A stretch of 64,000 bases of DNA from an uncultured Dehalococcoidia bacterium (GCA_964653005.1 CAZZAN010000003.1:142592-206591), one strand, 5' to 3'; positions 37,061 through 47,308 are shown, numbered from the stretch's first letter. The notes: generated from the letters alone by a model not told the origin. Numbers and translations are program-made.

Positions 37061-37951
37061 TTAGTCTCTCACCTTTGAGCGGGGGCCGAAGGGCTCCGGC
37101 TGGAATGGGCCGTCGCGGGTGGTGAGGAACGAGCGGAGTCCGCCCTGCGTGAGGCCGTCGAACATTTCCTTTCGGTAGTCCTCACGGCTGGACGAGTGAG
37201 CGAGCGCGGACAGCTCGCCGTTGAGTTTGAGCGCGTTGGCGAGTCCCATCATCTCAAGACCCATCGTGGCGACGTACAGATTGATCTTGACCGTCTCCGG
37301 GGATACTAACGCGATGCGCTCCACCAACTGAAAAGCTTCATCAAGCAGGTCGTCGTGCGGGACGATCTTGTTGACGATGCCGATGCGGAGGGCCTCTTCG
37401 GCGTCGATGTGGTCGCCGGTCAGTGAATAACGCAGCGCGTTCTTGTAGCCTGCAGACAGCACCCAGAAGAAGCTGGTGTTGGAGATGTGGCGCACCTCCG
37501 GCTGACCGAAGACCGCCTGATCCGAGGCGAGCGTCATGTGGGTTGCGGTGGCATACCAGGACGCGCCGCCCATGCACCAGCCGTTGATAGCGCCGATGAC
37601 GGGCTTGGTCAGCTCCCACATGTGGAGCAGCTTGCGAACTCCGCCATTGTCGTTTGTGCGCCATGAGTCCAACAGTTCCGCGACGCTCTGGCCGGGCGCG
37701 AGCCCATAGGGCCAGACGAAATCTCGCATGGGGGCGTCCGGCGCGCCGAGGTCGTAGCCGGCGGAGAATGCCCTGCCCGCTCCGGTGAGCACGACGGCGC
37801 GAACCTCAGGATCCGCCTCAGCCTCATCAAGCGCCAAGTGGAGTTCATCCTCCATCTGCGGGCTGATTGCGTTGAGGGCCTCCGGGCGGTTCAGTGTGAT
37901 GAGCGCGCCCTTGCGCTGCTTCTCGTATAGGACGTATTCGTAGTTGGGCAC
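37061..37951 (-). CDS. crotonase-fold family protein, paralog 3
   Basis: 296 aa starting MPNYEYVLYEKQRKGALITLNRPEALNAIS. Same motifs and tail. Confidence 0.75.
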   Translation of the reverse strand: MPNYEYVLYEKQRKGALITLNRPEALNAISPQMEDELHLALDEAEADPEVRAVVLTGAGRAFSAGYDLGAPDAPMRDFVWPYGLAPGQSVAELLDSWRTNDNGGVRKLLHMWELTKPVIGAINGWCMGGASWYATATHMTLASDQAVFGQPEVRHISNTSFFWVLSAGYKNALRYSLTGDHIDAEEALRIGIVNKIVPHDDLLDEAFQLVERIALVSPETVKINLYVATMGLEMMGLANALKLNGELSALAHSSSREDYRKEMFDGLTQGGLRSFLTTRDGPFQPEPFGPRSKVRD

Positions 37952-37984
37952 TGCTGTTGGTTCTCCTTTCGGGTTTTTGACGTT

Positions 37985-38863
37985 TTAGTCGCGGGGGCGG
38001 GAGCGGGGGCCAAAGGGCTCCGGCTGGAATGGGCCGTCACGGGCTTCAAGATAGCCGCGCAGGCCACCCTTTTCCTGCGCCTCAACGAACGAACGCCTGC
38101 CCTCTTCGCTTACGGACGAGTGGGCGAGGGCGGACAGTTCCGCGTTGAGGTTGAGGGCGTTGTGGAGGCCCATCATCTCAAGGCCCATCGTCGCGACGTA
38201 CAGGTTGATCTTCACCGTCTCCGGTGAGACGAGGGCGATGCGCTCGACGATCTTGAACGCCTCATCCAGCAGGTCGTCTGCGGGCACAATCGTGTTCACG
38301 ATGCCGATGCGGAGGGCCTCCTCGGCGTCGATGTGGTCGCCTGTCAGGGCGTAGCGCAGGGCGTTCTTATAGCCTGCGTTGAGCACCCAGAAGAAGCTGG
38401 TGTTGTCCATGTGGCGGACTTCCGGCTGAGCGAAGACTGCGTTATCTGCCGCAAGAGTCATGTGGGCCGCGTTGGCATACCAAGAGCCGCCGCCCATGCA
38501 CCACCCGTTCACCGCCGCGATAACGGGCTTTGTGAGTTCCCACAGATGCAGGAAATAACGCATGTTCCTGCGATCCGACATTCGCCAGTGGTCGAGGTGC
38601 GCGGCGACGCTGGTGTTCTTGGGAAGGGCGTAGGGCCACTCGAACTCGGCCTCGCCGGAGATGTCATATCCGGAGGAGAATGCCCTGCCCGCTCCGGTCA
38701 GCACGATGGCGCGGACTTCGGGATCGGCCTCGGCTTCATCCAGCGCCTCGTGCAGCTCGCGCTCAAGGTCGGGGCTGATGGCGTTGAGCCGCTCCGGCCT
38801 GTTGAGGGTTATCAGAACACCGTTTCGCTGCTTTTCGTACAGGACATTTTCATAGTTGGCCAT
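37985..38863 (-). CDS. crotonase-fold family protein, paralog 4
   Basis: ORF runs to 39094, but the conserved start MANYENVLYEKQRNG is the ATG at 38863, with GGAGGG 11 nt upstream. Same motifs and tail. Confidence 0.75.
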   Translation of the reverse strand: MANYENVLYEKQRNGVLITLNRPERLNAISPDLERELHEALDEAEADPEVRAIVLTGAGRAFSSGYDISGEAEFEWPYALPKNTSVAAHLDHWRMSDRRNMRYFLHLWELTKPVIAAVNGWCMGGGSWYANAAHMTLAADNAVFAQPEVRHMDNTSFFWVLNAGYKNALRYALTGDHIDAEEALRIGIVNTIVPADDLLDEAFKIVERIALVSPETVKINLYVATMGLEMMGLHNALNLNAELSALAHSSVSEEGRRSFVEAQEKGGLRGYLEARDGPFQPEPFGPRSRPRD

Positions 38864-39019
38864 AGTTGGCACCCTCCCCCGTTTATCCCTGTTCATGTAT
38901 GTCTGAAACGTGTCAGACACACGCGGCGAGAATAGCATTCGGCGAATACACGGGGCAAGGGAGCGGCGGGGCGTAGACTGGGCGTGGAGTGTAGTGGCGT
39001 TTGCCGGGAGAGACAATCT

Positions 39020-40045
39020 ATGCAGGTGACGGTTCTGGGTGGGTCGGGATTTGTGGGACGGCACCTTGTGGCAACACTCGTGGCTGCGGGCCACGGCCCG
39101 ATACGCGTCCTTTCCCGCTCACCGGAGAGGGTTTTCAGTGATGCGCGGCGCTCTCTGGCGGTTGCGTTTGAGGCAGTGGAGACGCTGGCCGGCATCGGCA
39201 AGCTGACTCGAGATGATGTGGTGGCTGCGCGCGACCGAGCCGATCAGGGAGAAGCAGTGCTGCGTGAGGCGGTTGAGGTTATCGAGGGGGATGCGCGCGA
39301 TTGGAACGCCGTGCGTGACGCAGTGTCCGGCGCGGATGCCGTTGTTCACGCTGTGGGGATTATCCGCGAGACCGAGGGGCGTTCGTTTGGCGATACGAAC
39401 GTGGGCACGACGCAGTCGCTCATCGATGCCATGAAGGACGTGGGAACAAACCGCCTGGTCTACATGGGGATTCTTGGAGCATCCGATGATCCGGAGATGC
39501 CATACGGGCGGTCGCGCTGGCAGGCAGAGGCGGCGGTGACGGGGAGCGGGTTGGAGTGGACGGTGGTCAAGCCGTCGCTGGTGCTTGGCGTGTCCGACGC
39601 GGTTTCACGTCGGACGGTCAAGCTGCTGCGGACAGGGCCGGTGGCACTGCTGCCGTTCCCGGACGGCGGACGGACGCTGCTGCAGCCACTGTACGTGAGT
39701 GATCTTGCCACGGCGCTGACGTTGTGCGTGACTGAGCCGGAACGGACGGGGCAGGTTTACGAGATCGGCGGGCCAGAGCAGATCGCACTTGTGGACATTG
39801 CGCGGGCTTTTGCGGCGGAGCTGGGCATCAGGCGCGTCTACAGCCTGCCCCTGCCTCGCTTCGCCATTCAGTTTGGGGCGTCGCTGATGGGGCGCGTGCT
39901 GAAAGACCCGCCGATTACGGCGGCGGAGCTAAGCCAACTGCGTGTGGACAACGTCACGGCGCTGGATTCCGTTGAGCAGGCGTTCGGGTTTGCGCCGCGT
40001 CGCTTTTCGGACTACGTGTCCTACGTTAGGGACGTTGTGGCCTAG
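39020..40045 (+). CDS. NAD(P)H-binding NmrA/NDUFA9-like SDR-family protein
   Basis: 'MQVTVLGGSGFVGRHLV' Rossmann start, the internal ATG of ORF 38984. About 340 aa with an inserted acidic segment. Confidence 0.65.
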   Translation: MQVTVLGGSGFVGRHLVATLVAAGHGPIRVLSRSPERVFSDARRSLAVAFEAVETLAGIGKLTRDDVVAARDRADQGEAVLREAVEVIEGDARDWNAVRDAVSGADAVVHAVGIIRETEGRSFGDTNVGTTQSLIDAMKDVGTNRLVYMGILGASDDPEMPYGRSRWQAEAAVTGSGLEWTVVKPSLVLGVSDAVSRRTVKLLRTGPVALLPFPDGGRTLLQPLYVSDLATALTLCVTEPERTGQVYEIGGPEQIALVDIARAFAAELGIRRVYSLPLPRFAIQFGASLMGRVLKDPPITAAELSQLRVDNVTALDSVEQAFGFAPRRFSDYVSYVRDVVA

Positions 40046-40341
40046 TTGTCGCGGGTTTTGGCGAGTTGAGCGATGAATTGCTCGATGGGGAATGCCGGCA
40101 GCGAGACTATCTGGATAGTTCCGCGCGCACCCAGTTCCAGGGAGACCCTCGCAATTGTCTCGTTGTCGGGAGCCTCCACGATGTTGACGAAATCATAGTT
40201 GCCGAGCACGGCGTACTGGGCCATAACCTGCGCGCCCCATGACTCGATCTCGCGATTGACTTCCTGGATGCGCTCCGGGCGATGCTTTACAGTCTTGCGC
40301 CCCTCATCCGTCAGCGTGCTCAGCAACACGTACGTCGCCAT
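40042..40341 (-). CDS. GYD-domain protein
   Basis: 99 aa. 'MATYVLLSTLTDEG...GNYDFVNIVEAPD' is the GYD family pattern. Confidence 0.7.
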   Translation of the reverse strand: MATYVLLSTLTDEGRKTVKHRPERIQEVNREIESWGAQVMAQYAVLGNYDFVNIVEAPDNETIARVSLELGARGTIQIVSLPAFPIEQFIAQLAKTRDN

Positions 40342-40427
40342 CTAGTTTGCCTCCCTGCTTGTGTTTGTCCGGGTTCTCTCTTTGTGGATGTCTCAAGTCA
40401 GAATCGTAGGTACGAGCGCGTTCCGTG

Positions 40428-41114
40428 TCAACGGAGAGCCATGGTTTGAGACAGGAATTCGGCGGTGGCGGCGGCAAGGGCGGGGCGGCTGGTCTGCCAA
40501 GCGCGGTCCGCGCCCTCGAGCGCCATGGCTGTCACATCGTCGCGCCCAATGCCATCAACCCACGCGCCCAATTTCTCCGGCGTTGTAAGCCCGTCGTTGC
40601 CTCCTATCAGGAAACTCACGGGCACTTGCACCTTTTCCAGGCCACCCTCGGTTGGGATGCCGATGAGGGGAATGTCCAGAATCGGCGACACCGCGACAAC
40701 GGCTCGCACGCCCTCCGGCTGTCGGGCAGCGGCGCGCAACGCGATGCTTGCGCCGTATGAATAGCCGACGATGCCAAGCCGCTGCCCATCAACACCCGGC
40801 CACTCTCTCAGCATGTCAACTGCCGCGAGGGCATCTGCCACCTGCCCCTCCCCCAAGGCGTTCTCGCCCTGGGATTCGCCAACACCGCGGTAGTTGAATC
40901 GAACCGATACAAAACCGCGGGGAGTGACTTCTCGTGTCAGCGCCTCGACCACAGAGCTAAGCATCGTGCCCCCCAGGTGCGGTTCAGGGGAGCAGAAGAC
41001 GACACCGGGCAGATCACCGCCACCTTCGGGAATCTCTTCGCCGGACGGCTCGGCGATGATGCCCTCCAGGGTGAGGGCATCAGTAGAAAAGAAGTTTAGG
41101 GCCGTCTGCCTCAC
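40428..41114 (-). CDS. alpha/beta hydrolase (dienelactone-hydrolase-like)
   Basis: Nucleophile elbow 'GYSYGA'. The ORF extends to 41414 and overlaps the upstream gene, so a GTG at 41114 just after the upstream stop is the proposed start. Start is uncertain. Confidence 0.55.
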   Translation of the reverse strand: MRQTALNFFSTDALTLEGIIAEPSGEEIPEGGGDLPGVVFCSPEPHLGGTMLSSVVEALTREVTPRGFVSVRFNYRGVGESQGENALGEGQVADALAAVDMLREWPGVDGQRLGIVGYSYGASIALRAAARQPEGVRAVVAVSPILDIPLIGIPTEGGLEKVQVPVSFLIGGNDGLTTPEKLGAWVDGIGRDDVTAMALEGADRAWQTSRPALAAATAEFLSQTMALR

Positions 41115-41124
41115 GCGTCGCGCC

Positions 41125-41880
41125 CTAGAGACCGTATGCGAGACGCTCAGCCAGGCTGATAGGCAGACCGGCGTCCGTGAAGTGTTTCTGCGCGGATTCC
41201 ATATCATATTCGACGCGGAACTGTGTGAGCGTTCGGGCGTCCGAATCGAGCATGAGGTAGGCAGCGCGAGGATCCCTGTCACGGGGCTGCCCCACGCTGC
41301 CGGGATTGATGATAAGGCGAAGATCATTGGGCAGGTGGATGAGGGAACCATGGTTGAGACGACCCATGGCATGAACACGATGCGGGGAGTTCGGTCCGGC
41401 GAAAATTTCCTCAAAGATCAGGGGGAGATGGGAGTGCCCCACCAGGAGGAATGGCGTCTCCAGCAGATCGAATGACGCGCGCGCCGCTTCCTCATGTATG
41501 AGGTATTCCCAGACAGGGTCCCGGAGTGAGCCGTGGGCCAGCGTGAATTCGCCCTGAGTCACGACTCTCGGCAGACCTTCAAGGTAGGCGCGATTCTCCG
41601 GTGTCAGTTGTTGGCCATTCCATTCACAGGCAACAGCTGCCTCTTCATTGAATGTGCCCAGGTAGATGGCTCCGATAGCCCCAAGGTCGTGGTTGCCGGC
41701 CACGCTCACGTGGTCAAAGCCGCGCAGGGTGTCCAGACACTCGTTGGGATGCGGCCCGTATCCGACCATATCCCCCAGCGACCAGATGTTGTCGACGGGG
41801 CCGCGCGCGTTTGCATCGCGAAGGACGGCGTCAAACGCGACGATGTTTGAGTGAATATCCGAAACAATCAGGGTTCGCAT
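41125..41880 (-). CDS. metallophosphoesterase (calcineurin-like)
   Basis: 'MRTLIVSDIHSN...GDMVGYGPHP...GNHD' metal-binding motifs. ATG at 41880 chosen so that it does not overlap otsA. Confidence 0.75.
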   Translation of the reverse strand: MRTLIVSDIHSNIVAFDAVLRDANARGPVDNIWSLGDMVGYGPHPNECLDTLRGFDHVSVAGNHDLGAIGAIYLGTFNEEAAVACEWNGQQLTPENRAYLEGLPRVVTQGEFTLAHGSLRDPVWEYLIHEEAARASFDLLETPFLLVGHSHLPLIFEEIFAGPNSPHRVHAMGRLNHGSLIHLPNDLRLIINPGSVGQPRDRDPRAAYLMLDSDARTLTQFRVEYDMESAQKHFTDAGLPISLAERLAYGL

Positions 41881-41908
41881 CGCAACAGTATCTCGATTGC
41901 ATCTGACA

Positions 41909-43351
41909 TTATATTGCGGACTGGGGGACGTACGTGTTGCGGCCTGCAGAAAGATCCGCAAGGAAGTTGTCGGCCCAGGCCTTGGCGGTGTTTAACTGAA
42001 CGTCCTCATTCAGGGCCTTCCACCGACGGATTCGCTCACGATGCCCCATGGCGAGCGCGGTATGCATGGCTTCCGCGGTACCCTCAAGATCGTAAGGGTT
42101 GACGATTAAGGCTTCCCGCATCGTCTCAGCGGCGCCGCAGAAACGGGACAACACCAGAACGCCGGGATCAGCGCCCTGGGCCGCGACGAATTCCTTGGCG
42201 ATAAGGTTCATACCATCCCGGAGCGGGGTCACGAGGCAGACGTCTGCCTCACGGAAGAAGCCGGCCAATTCCTCCTGGTTGTAGGAGCGATAGAGATAGT
42301 GAACAGGCACCCAGTCCGCCTCGGCGAATCGACCGTTGATGCGCCCGACCAGTCCATCCACGCGCTCGCGTTCCTGGACATATTCCGGCACACGGCTACG
42401 TGAGGGGGCGGAGATTTGAATCATGGTGACCTTGCCACGCACAGCCGGGAACCGGTCAAGCATCGTCTCAAACGCTCTGAGTCTTTGCGGGATTCCCTTT
42501 GAGTAATCAAGCCTGTCGACACCCAGTACGACTTTCTTGCGTTCAACGGGGCGGCGCGGCAAGAGTCGCTGCAGCAGACCTGTCGTCTCCGTATCACCTG
42601 ATTCACGCGTCCATTTCTGGAATTGCTCCGGGTCCGTTCCGATGGGATAGACCCCGGCTCCGACTGCGCCTGACCGGCCATTGAATACACCCGCGTCAAC
42701 AGCACCTCCAATTTCCACTTGCAGGGTATCAAGGAAGTTATGGGCGTAGCGGTTAGTGTGGAATCCAACGAGATCATAGCTGACAAACTCTTCAAGGAGC
42801 TGTCTTGCCCACGGGAGGATGGAGAAGACTTCTGCGGCGGGGAACGGAGTGTGGAGGAAGAAACCAATCTTGCCTTGCCATCCCATCCGACGCAGTTCCG
42901 AACCCAGCGGAATCAGGTGATAGTCCTGAACCCAGATGACATCGCCGTTCCTCAGGAGAGGATAGAGACCTTCTGCGAATCTGCGATTGACACGTCGATA
43001 GCCGCGGTATGCGTCATGTCGCAAATGGACGAAGTTGGGGAATGCGTGGAGCAAGGGCCAGAGAGTGCGATTGGCGAATACGGAATAAAAGAGATTGACC
43101 TCATCAGCGGTCAGATTCATCGCGCCAACGTCGATGCCGCTGCTGCGCACGACAGACGGTTCCACGGCCAGGCGGCGCTCCGTTGCGGCGCCGCTCCATC
43201 CGAACCATAGGCCACCGTGCTGCTCAAGGGCTGTCTGTACAGCCGATACCAGCCCACCCACAGGTTGATTCCTCTGGTCTCGTGACGCGTCGGGAAGTGT
43301 CGATGACGGCAATCTATTGGACACGACGACAAGACGCTGTATCTGTTGCAT
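41909..43351 (-). CDS. otsA: alpha,alpha-trehalose-phosphate synthase (GT20)
   Basis: 'LVVVSNRLP' N-terminal signature. About 480 aa. The ATG at 43351 is preferred over the GTG at 43372. Confidence 0.85.
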   Translation of the reverse strand: MQQIQRLVVVSNRLPSSTLPDASRDQRNQPVGGLVSAVQTALEQHGGLWFGWSGAATERRLAVEPSVVRSSGIDVGAMNLTADEVNLFYSVFANRTLWPLLHAFPNFVHLRHDAYRGYRRVNRRFAEGLYPLLRNGDVIWVQDYHLIPLGSELRRMGWQGKIGFFLHTPFPAAEVFSILPWARQLLEEFVSYDLVGFHTNRYAHNFLDTLQVEIGGAVDAGVFNGRSGAVGAGVYPIGTDPEQFQKWTRESGDTETTGLLQRLLPRRPVERKKVVLGVDRLDYSKGIPQRLRAFETMLDRFPAVRGKVTMIQISAPSRSRVPEYVQERERVDGLVGRINGRFAEADWVPVHYLYRSYNQEELAGFFREADVCLVTPLRDGMNLIAKEFVAAQGADPGVLVLSRFCGAAETMREALIVNPYDLEGTAEAMHTALAMGHRERIRRWKALNEDVQLNTAKAWADNFLADLSAGRNTYVPQSAI

Positions 43352-43566
43352 CGCCTTGCCCCCTAGCCCCACCCGGCAATCTCAACTAACGGCTGCACGG
43401 TACAAAAAGAGTCTCGCAACGTGCATTAACCCTAGCCGTCAGCCTGTAACTGGTCAAATAGGGAGGAGATGGGTGCGAGCGGGGTGTGGAGGAACGGCGT
43501 GCTACACTTTTGCTCTGAGTAGGACGCAGACGCGGCGACGACGCCGCGCGTGACGGGGGAAACACC

Positions 43567-44367
43567 ATGCCGGAGAGCAAGTTCGTCGATATCCAGGGCC
43601 TCAATATGCACTATCTCGAATGGGGCGATCCCTCGAATCCAGACCTGCTGCTTGTGCATGGATGGACAGGGTTGGCGTCGTCCTGGCAGGCGGTCGCCGA
43701 GGCTTTCGAGGACAGGTATCACGTCATCGCGCCGGACAACCGCGGCCATGGGCAGACGGACAAGCCCGTGACGGGTTACATGCTGCGCGATTTCGCGACG
43801 GACATCGTGGAGTTGATCGACACACTGGGCCTTGAAAAGCCCGCGTACGTGGGCCACTCATGGGGCGGAAACATCGGCACGATCATGGCGTCCGACTACG
43901 CGGACAAGATCTGCTGCGCGTTCCTCGAGGACCCGGTGTACTGGAAGATGGTGAACGTGCACGTGACGAGCCTTCAGCAGGCGCTGGCCCGCCACAACCG
44001 GCCGGAGGCGGAGATTCGGGCCGAGGCCAAAGCGCAAGGCATGTCCGAGCAGGAGGCGGATGAGCTGGTCTATCGGCATCATCACTTCTCGCCGCACGCC
44101 GTCACGCGGCTCCTGACTGACAACCGACAGTGGGCGTTCCGGTGCGAGGACCACATGCGGCGGATTTCCGTGCCGACACTGGTGTTGGTAGCGGACATCG
44201 CAGCGGGTGGCTACATGATGCCGGAGGAGCTTGAATACTACCGCAGCATCGCCACACCTGATCTGGATTTCCGCCTGTGGCCGGACGTGGGACATGGCAT
44301 GCGCGCAGCACGCCCCGAGCAGTACAACCAAGAGCTTGACGAGTTTCTCAAGAGCTGCAGCGCTTGA
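43567..44367 (+). CDS. alpha/beta-fold hydrolase
   Basis: 'LLLVHGW' and the nucleophile elbow 'GHSWGG'. 266 aa. Confidence 0.75.
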   Translation: MPESKFVDIQGLNMHYLEWGDPSNPDLLLVHGWTGLASSWQAVAEAFEDRYHVIAPDNRGHGQTDKPVTGYMLRDFATDIVELIDTLGLEKPAYVGHSWGGNIGTIMASDYADKICCAFLEDPVYWKMVNVHVTSLQQALARHNRPEAEIRAEAKAQGMSEQEADELVYRHHHFSPHAVTRLLTDNRQWAFRCEDHMRRISVPTLVLVADIAAGGYMMPEELEYYRSIATPDLDFRLWPDVGHGMRAARPEQYNQELDEFLKSCSA

Positions 44368-45626
44368 GCAGCACTCCACCATATTCAATAGCTGAGGACG
44401 AAACCGAAGCAACGTCGCGTTTCCGCACGTTCCGCTCGCTCCGCAACCCTGTCTACCGTCGCCTCTGGATGGCGGGGTGGGTGTGGTATGTGAACCGCAT
44501 GATGGAGATGGCGGTTCTGTCATGGCTTGTGCTGGAACTGACAGACTCGCCATCACAAGTGGCACTCGTCGGCGTTTTCCGAATGGCCCCCATGTTCCTG
44601 CTGGGGCTTGTGGCCGGCAGCGTCTCCGATCGCTTTCCGCGAAAGTACGTGATGATCTCGACACAGATCGTCAACGTCGTGGTGGTTGGCGGGATGCTTG
44701 CGGTGTTGGTTCGCGGGGATGTGGAGCCGTGGCACGCATATCTCGCTACGTTCCTGACAGGCTCGGCGTGGGCAGTGGACTTTTCAGCGAGGCGCGCCTA
44801 TTTCGCGGAGATCTTTCGGGGGGACGCACTGACGAATGCCATCTCATTGGATGTTGTTGCATTAACCGGCAGCAGCATCGTCGGGCCGCTGTTTGCGGGG
44901 ACGATCATCGAGTTGATTGATTTCTCGGGTTCGTATGGGCTGATGTTCGGCCTGTACCTAGCGGCGGGTTGGGTCCTGTTCACCATTCCGAGGACTGAGT
45001 CGATGGGCACAGAAAAGACACCGGTGCTGCGTCAGTTGAAGGAGTCCGTGACGGCATTGGCTGCCAACAGGGCACTCCTGGCCGCGCTGACCATAACGGT
45101 TAGCCTGAACTTCTTTGGCTTTCCCTTCCTGACGATGGTTCCTGTGATTGGGCGGGACGTGCTGGGCGCGAACGCATTTCTCTATGGGATATTGGCGGGC
45201 GCGGCGGGAATCGGTTCACTGACGGGGGCAATCATCATTGCGTCGCGGCAGATACGAAACCACGGGCAGGTCTATTCACTGGGGTCTGCGTTCATGCTGG
45301 CGGTGCTGGTTCTTTTCTCGCTTTCAGAGTGGTATGGGGTGTCGCTTGCTCTCCTAATCATTGCGGGGCTGGGGATGTCAGGCTTTGCGACGATGCAGCC
45401 GACGATTGCTCTGCGGGCGGTGGGGCCGGAGATGCGTGGACGGGCGATGGGCGCGATTGCGTTGGGGATTGGGGCGAGTCCGTTGGGGATGCTGACAGTC
45501 GGGTGGATGGCTGAGCCGGAGAATCTGGGCCCTCAGATGGCGCTGGCGGTGCTGACAGGGACGGGGTTCGTGGTGATTATGGCGCTGCGGTTTATGCTGC
45601 CGGAGCTGCGGGGGCAACCGCGATAA
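44364..45626 (+). CDS. MFS transporter
   Basis: 12 TM helices. 4-nt overlap with the upstream hydrolase gene. Confidence 0.8.
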   Translation: MSSTPPYSIAEDETEATSRFRTFRSLRNPVYRRLWMAGWVWYVNRMMEMAVLSWLVLELTDSPSQVALVGVFRMAPMFLLGLVAGSVSDRFPRKYVMISTQIVNVVVVGGMLAVLVRGDVEPWHAYLATFLTGSAWAVDFSARRAYFAEIFRGDALTNAISLDVVALTGSSIVGPLFAGTIIELIDFSGSYGLMFGLYLAAGWVLFTIPRTESMGTEKTPVLRQLKESVTALAANRALLAALTITVSLNFFGFPFLTMVPVIGRDVLGANAFLYGILAGAAGIGSLTGAIIIASRQIRNHGQVYSLGSAFMLAVLVLFSLSEWYGVSLALLIIAGLGMSGFATMQPTIALRAVGPEMRGRAMGAIALGIGASPLGMLTVGWMAEPENLGPQMALAVLTGTGFVVIMALRFMLPELRGQPR

Positions 45627-45680
45627 GATAGAGGACTTTAGGCACAGTGGCCCAGCATATGTGTTAGGAGGATTCTTTCG

Positions 45681-46214
45681 ATGCCAAGGTTCATTGCAAC
45701 CCTGATCGTGTTGGCCTTGTTCGTCGTGGCTCTTGCCGGCTGCCAACAGGATACGCCTGAAGGCGTGGGGTCAACGGCCAGCGCACAATTGGCAGGGCCG
45801 GATGGCGCGGATATGGGGACCGTCAGCTTTACTCAAGGGCCGAACGGAGTTCTGGTATCTGCGGATGTACGCGGCCTGACGCCGGGCTTTCATGGATTCC
45901 ACATCCACGCAGTCGGCGCGTGTGAACCAGACTTTACGGCTGCGAGCGGCCATTTCAATCCGGAGGGCATCGGACACGGGTTTATGGACGCCGAGGGGCA
46001 GCATGCCGGCGACATGCCCAATATCTACGCAGGGATGGACGGCACAGCACGGGCCGATTACTTTCACACGGCTATCACTTTGGCAGACGGCGCAGATACG
46101 TCACTCTTTGATGACGACGGATCGGCCATCATCGTCCACGAAAGGCCCGACTCATACGGAGCGGACCCGGGGGCCGGCGACCGGGTAGCGTGCGGGGTCA
46201 TCAGGCGCAACTAG
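45681..46214 (+). CDS. sodC: Cu/Zn superoxide dismutase (lipoprotein)
   Basis: Lipobox 'LAGCQQ'. 'GFHGFHIHAVGAC', 'GHFNP' and 'HAGDMPN' metal ligand motifs. Confidence 0.85.
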   Translation: MPRFIATLIVLALFVVALAGCQQDTPEGVGSTASAQLAGPDGADMGTVSFTQGPNGVLVSADVRGLTPGFHGFHIHAVGACEPDFTAASGHFNPEGIGHGFMDAEGQHAGDMPNIYAGMDGTARADYFHTAITLADGADTSLFDDDGSAIIVHERPDSYGADPGAGDRVACGVIRRN

Positions 46215-46222
46215 GCTACCCG

Positions 46223-47308
46223 CTACTCCGCCGCCTCCTGCCTCAGCAGCTTTTTCTTGCGTTCGATGCCGAGGGCGTAGCCGCCGAGGCCACCGTCATT
46301 TCGCACGACGCGGTGGCAGGGGACGACTATAGGCGTCGGGTTCTTGGCACAGGCGTTGGCGACGGCGCGCGTTGCGGTCGGTTGGCCGATTTCCCGTGCG
46401 ACTTCTGAATACGTGCGGGTTTCGCCTCGGGGAATCTGCCTGAGAGCTTCCCAGACGCGACGTTGGAACGCAGTGCCGCGCACGTCCAGCGGAAGTTGGA
46501 CATAGTTGTTCGGCGACCCGCCATCCACAACGCGGGTTACGATTCCCACCCACTCGCTCAGCGGGCCGGAGTCTCTGGATCGCTCCGCCTGAGGAAACTC
46601 TTTCATGAGCGCGGCTTCCAACGATTCATCGTCGTCTGCAAGGGATATGCGACAAACGCCTTTCTGAGTCGCCGCGACCAGCAGCCGCCCCAACGCGCTA
46701 TCTGCAATCGCGTAGGTAATCTGCGCGCCGACGCCGCCCCGCCTGTACTGGCCGGGCGTCATGCCGAGATGCGCGTCTGAGGACTCATAGAGCCTGCTGG
46801 AGGAGCCAAATCCGCTGTTGTAGAGCGCCGATGTGACATCGTGCCCGTTGCGAACGTCATCCTTGAATCGCTCAAGCCGCCGCTGTTCCGCGTATTGGCG
46901 CGGGGTGATGCCGAGCACGCTTTCAAAGGAGCGGCGGAGCGCGTGATCAGTGACGCCGGTATGCCTCGCCAGAGAAGCAACAGTCAGCAACTCATCGGGG
47001 TTCGCATCGATGAGTTCACAGGTTTGCGTAACAACGTTGACGGCGCGGACGTGTGGGCCGCCCTCGTCAGGTCGGCAACGCTTGCAGGGGCGGTAGCCGG
47101 CGGCGCGGGCTTCGGCGATCTCATCAAAGAACTCGATGTTCTTGCGCAGGACGGGCGCTCCACGGCATGTTGTCCGGCAGTAGACGCCGGTGGTCTTGAC
47201 GCCAAAGGTGAACGCGGTTTCGTAGGCAGGGTCATGGTTTTGGATGGCCTGCCAGCGTTCGTCCGCCAAGGATTGCGCTTCAGTGCTTCGCTCGATTGTT
47301 GCGGTCAT
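46223..47308 (-). CDS. ada: bifunctional Ada: methylphosphotriester-DNA methyltransferase/AraC-type regulator + O6-methylguanine-DNA methyltransferase
   Basis: N-terminal Cys-rich Ada Zn domain 'YCRTTCRGAP...PCKRCRP'. AraC HTH. C-terminal 'PCHRVV' active site. Confidence 0.85.
   Translation of the reverse strand: MTATIERSTEAQSLADERWQAIQNHDPAYETAFTFGVKTTGVYCRTTCRGAPVLRKNIEFFDEIAEARAAGYRPCKRCRPDEGGPHVRAVNVVTQTCELIDANPDELLTVASLARHTGVTDHALRRSFESVLGITPRQYAEQRRLERFKDDVRNGHDVTSALYNSGFGSSSRLYESSDAHLGMTPGQYRRGGVGAQITYAIADSALGRLLVAATQKGVCRISLADDDESLEAALMKEFPQAERSRDSGPLSEWVGIVTRVVDGGSPNNYVQLPLDVRGTAFQRRVWEALRQIPRGETRTYSEVAREIGQPTATRAVANACAKNPTPIVVPCHRVVRNDGGLGGYALGIERKKKLLRQEAAE

Noticed and set aside
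37985-39094. Long N-terminal extension (369 aa) of the fourth crotonase paralog ORF
   Set aside because: The extension is a basic, low-complexity translation of the divergent promoter region. The conserved MANYEN start with an SD is at 38863, matching the three paralogs.
40428-41414. 328-aa version of the alpha/beta hydrolase ORF
   Set aside because: Its first ~100 codons overlap the metallophosphoesterase gene in another frame and are Ser/Pro/Thr-rich nonsense. The start was trimmed to a GTG just after the upstream stop.
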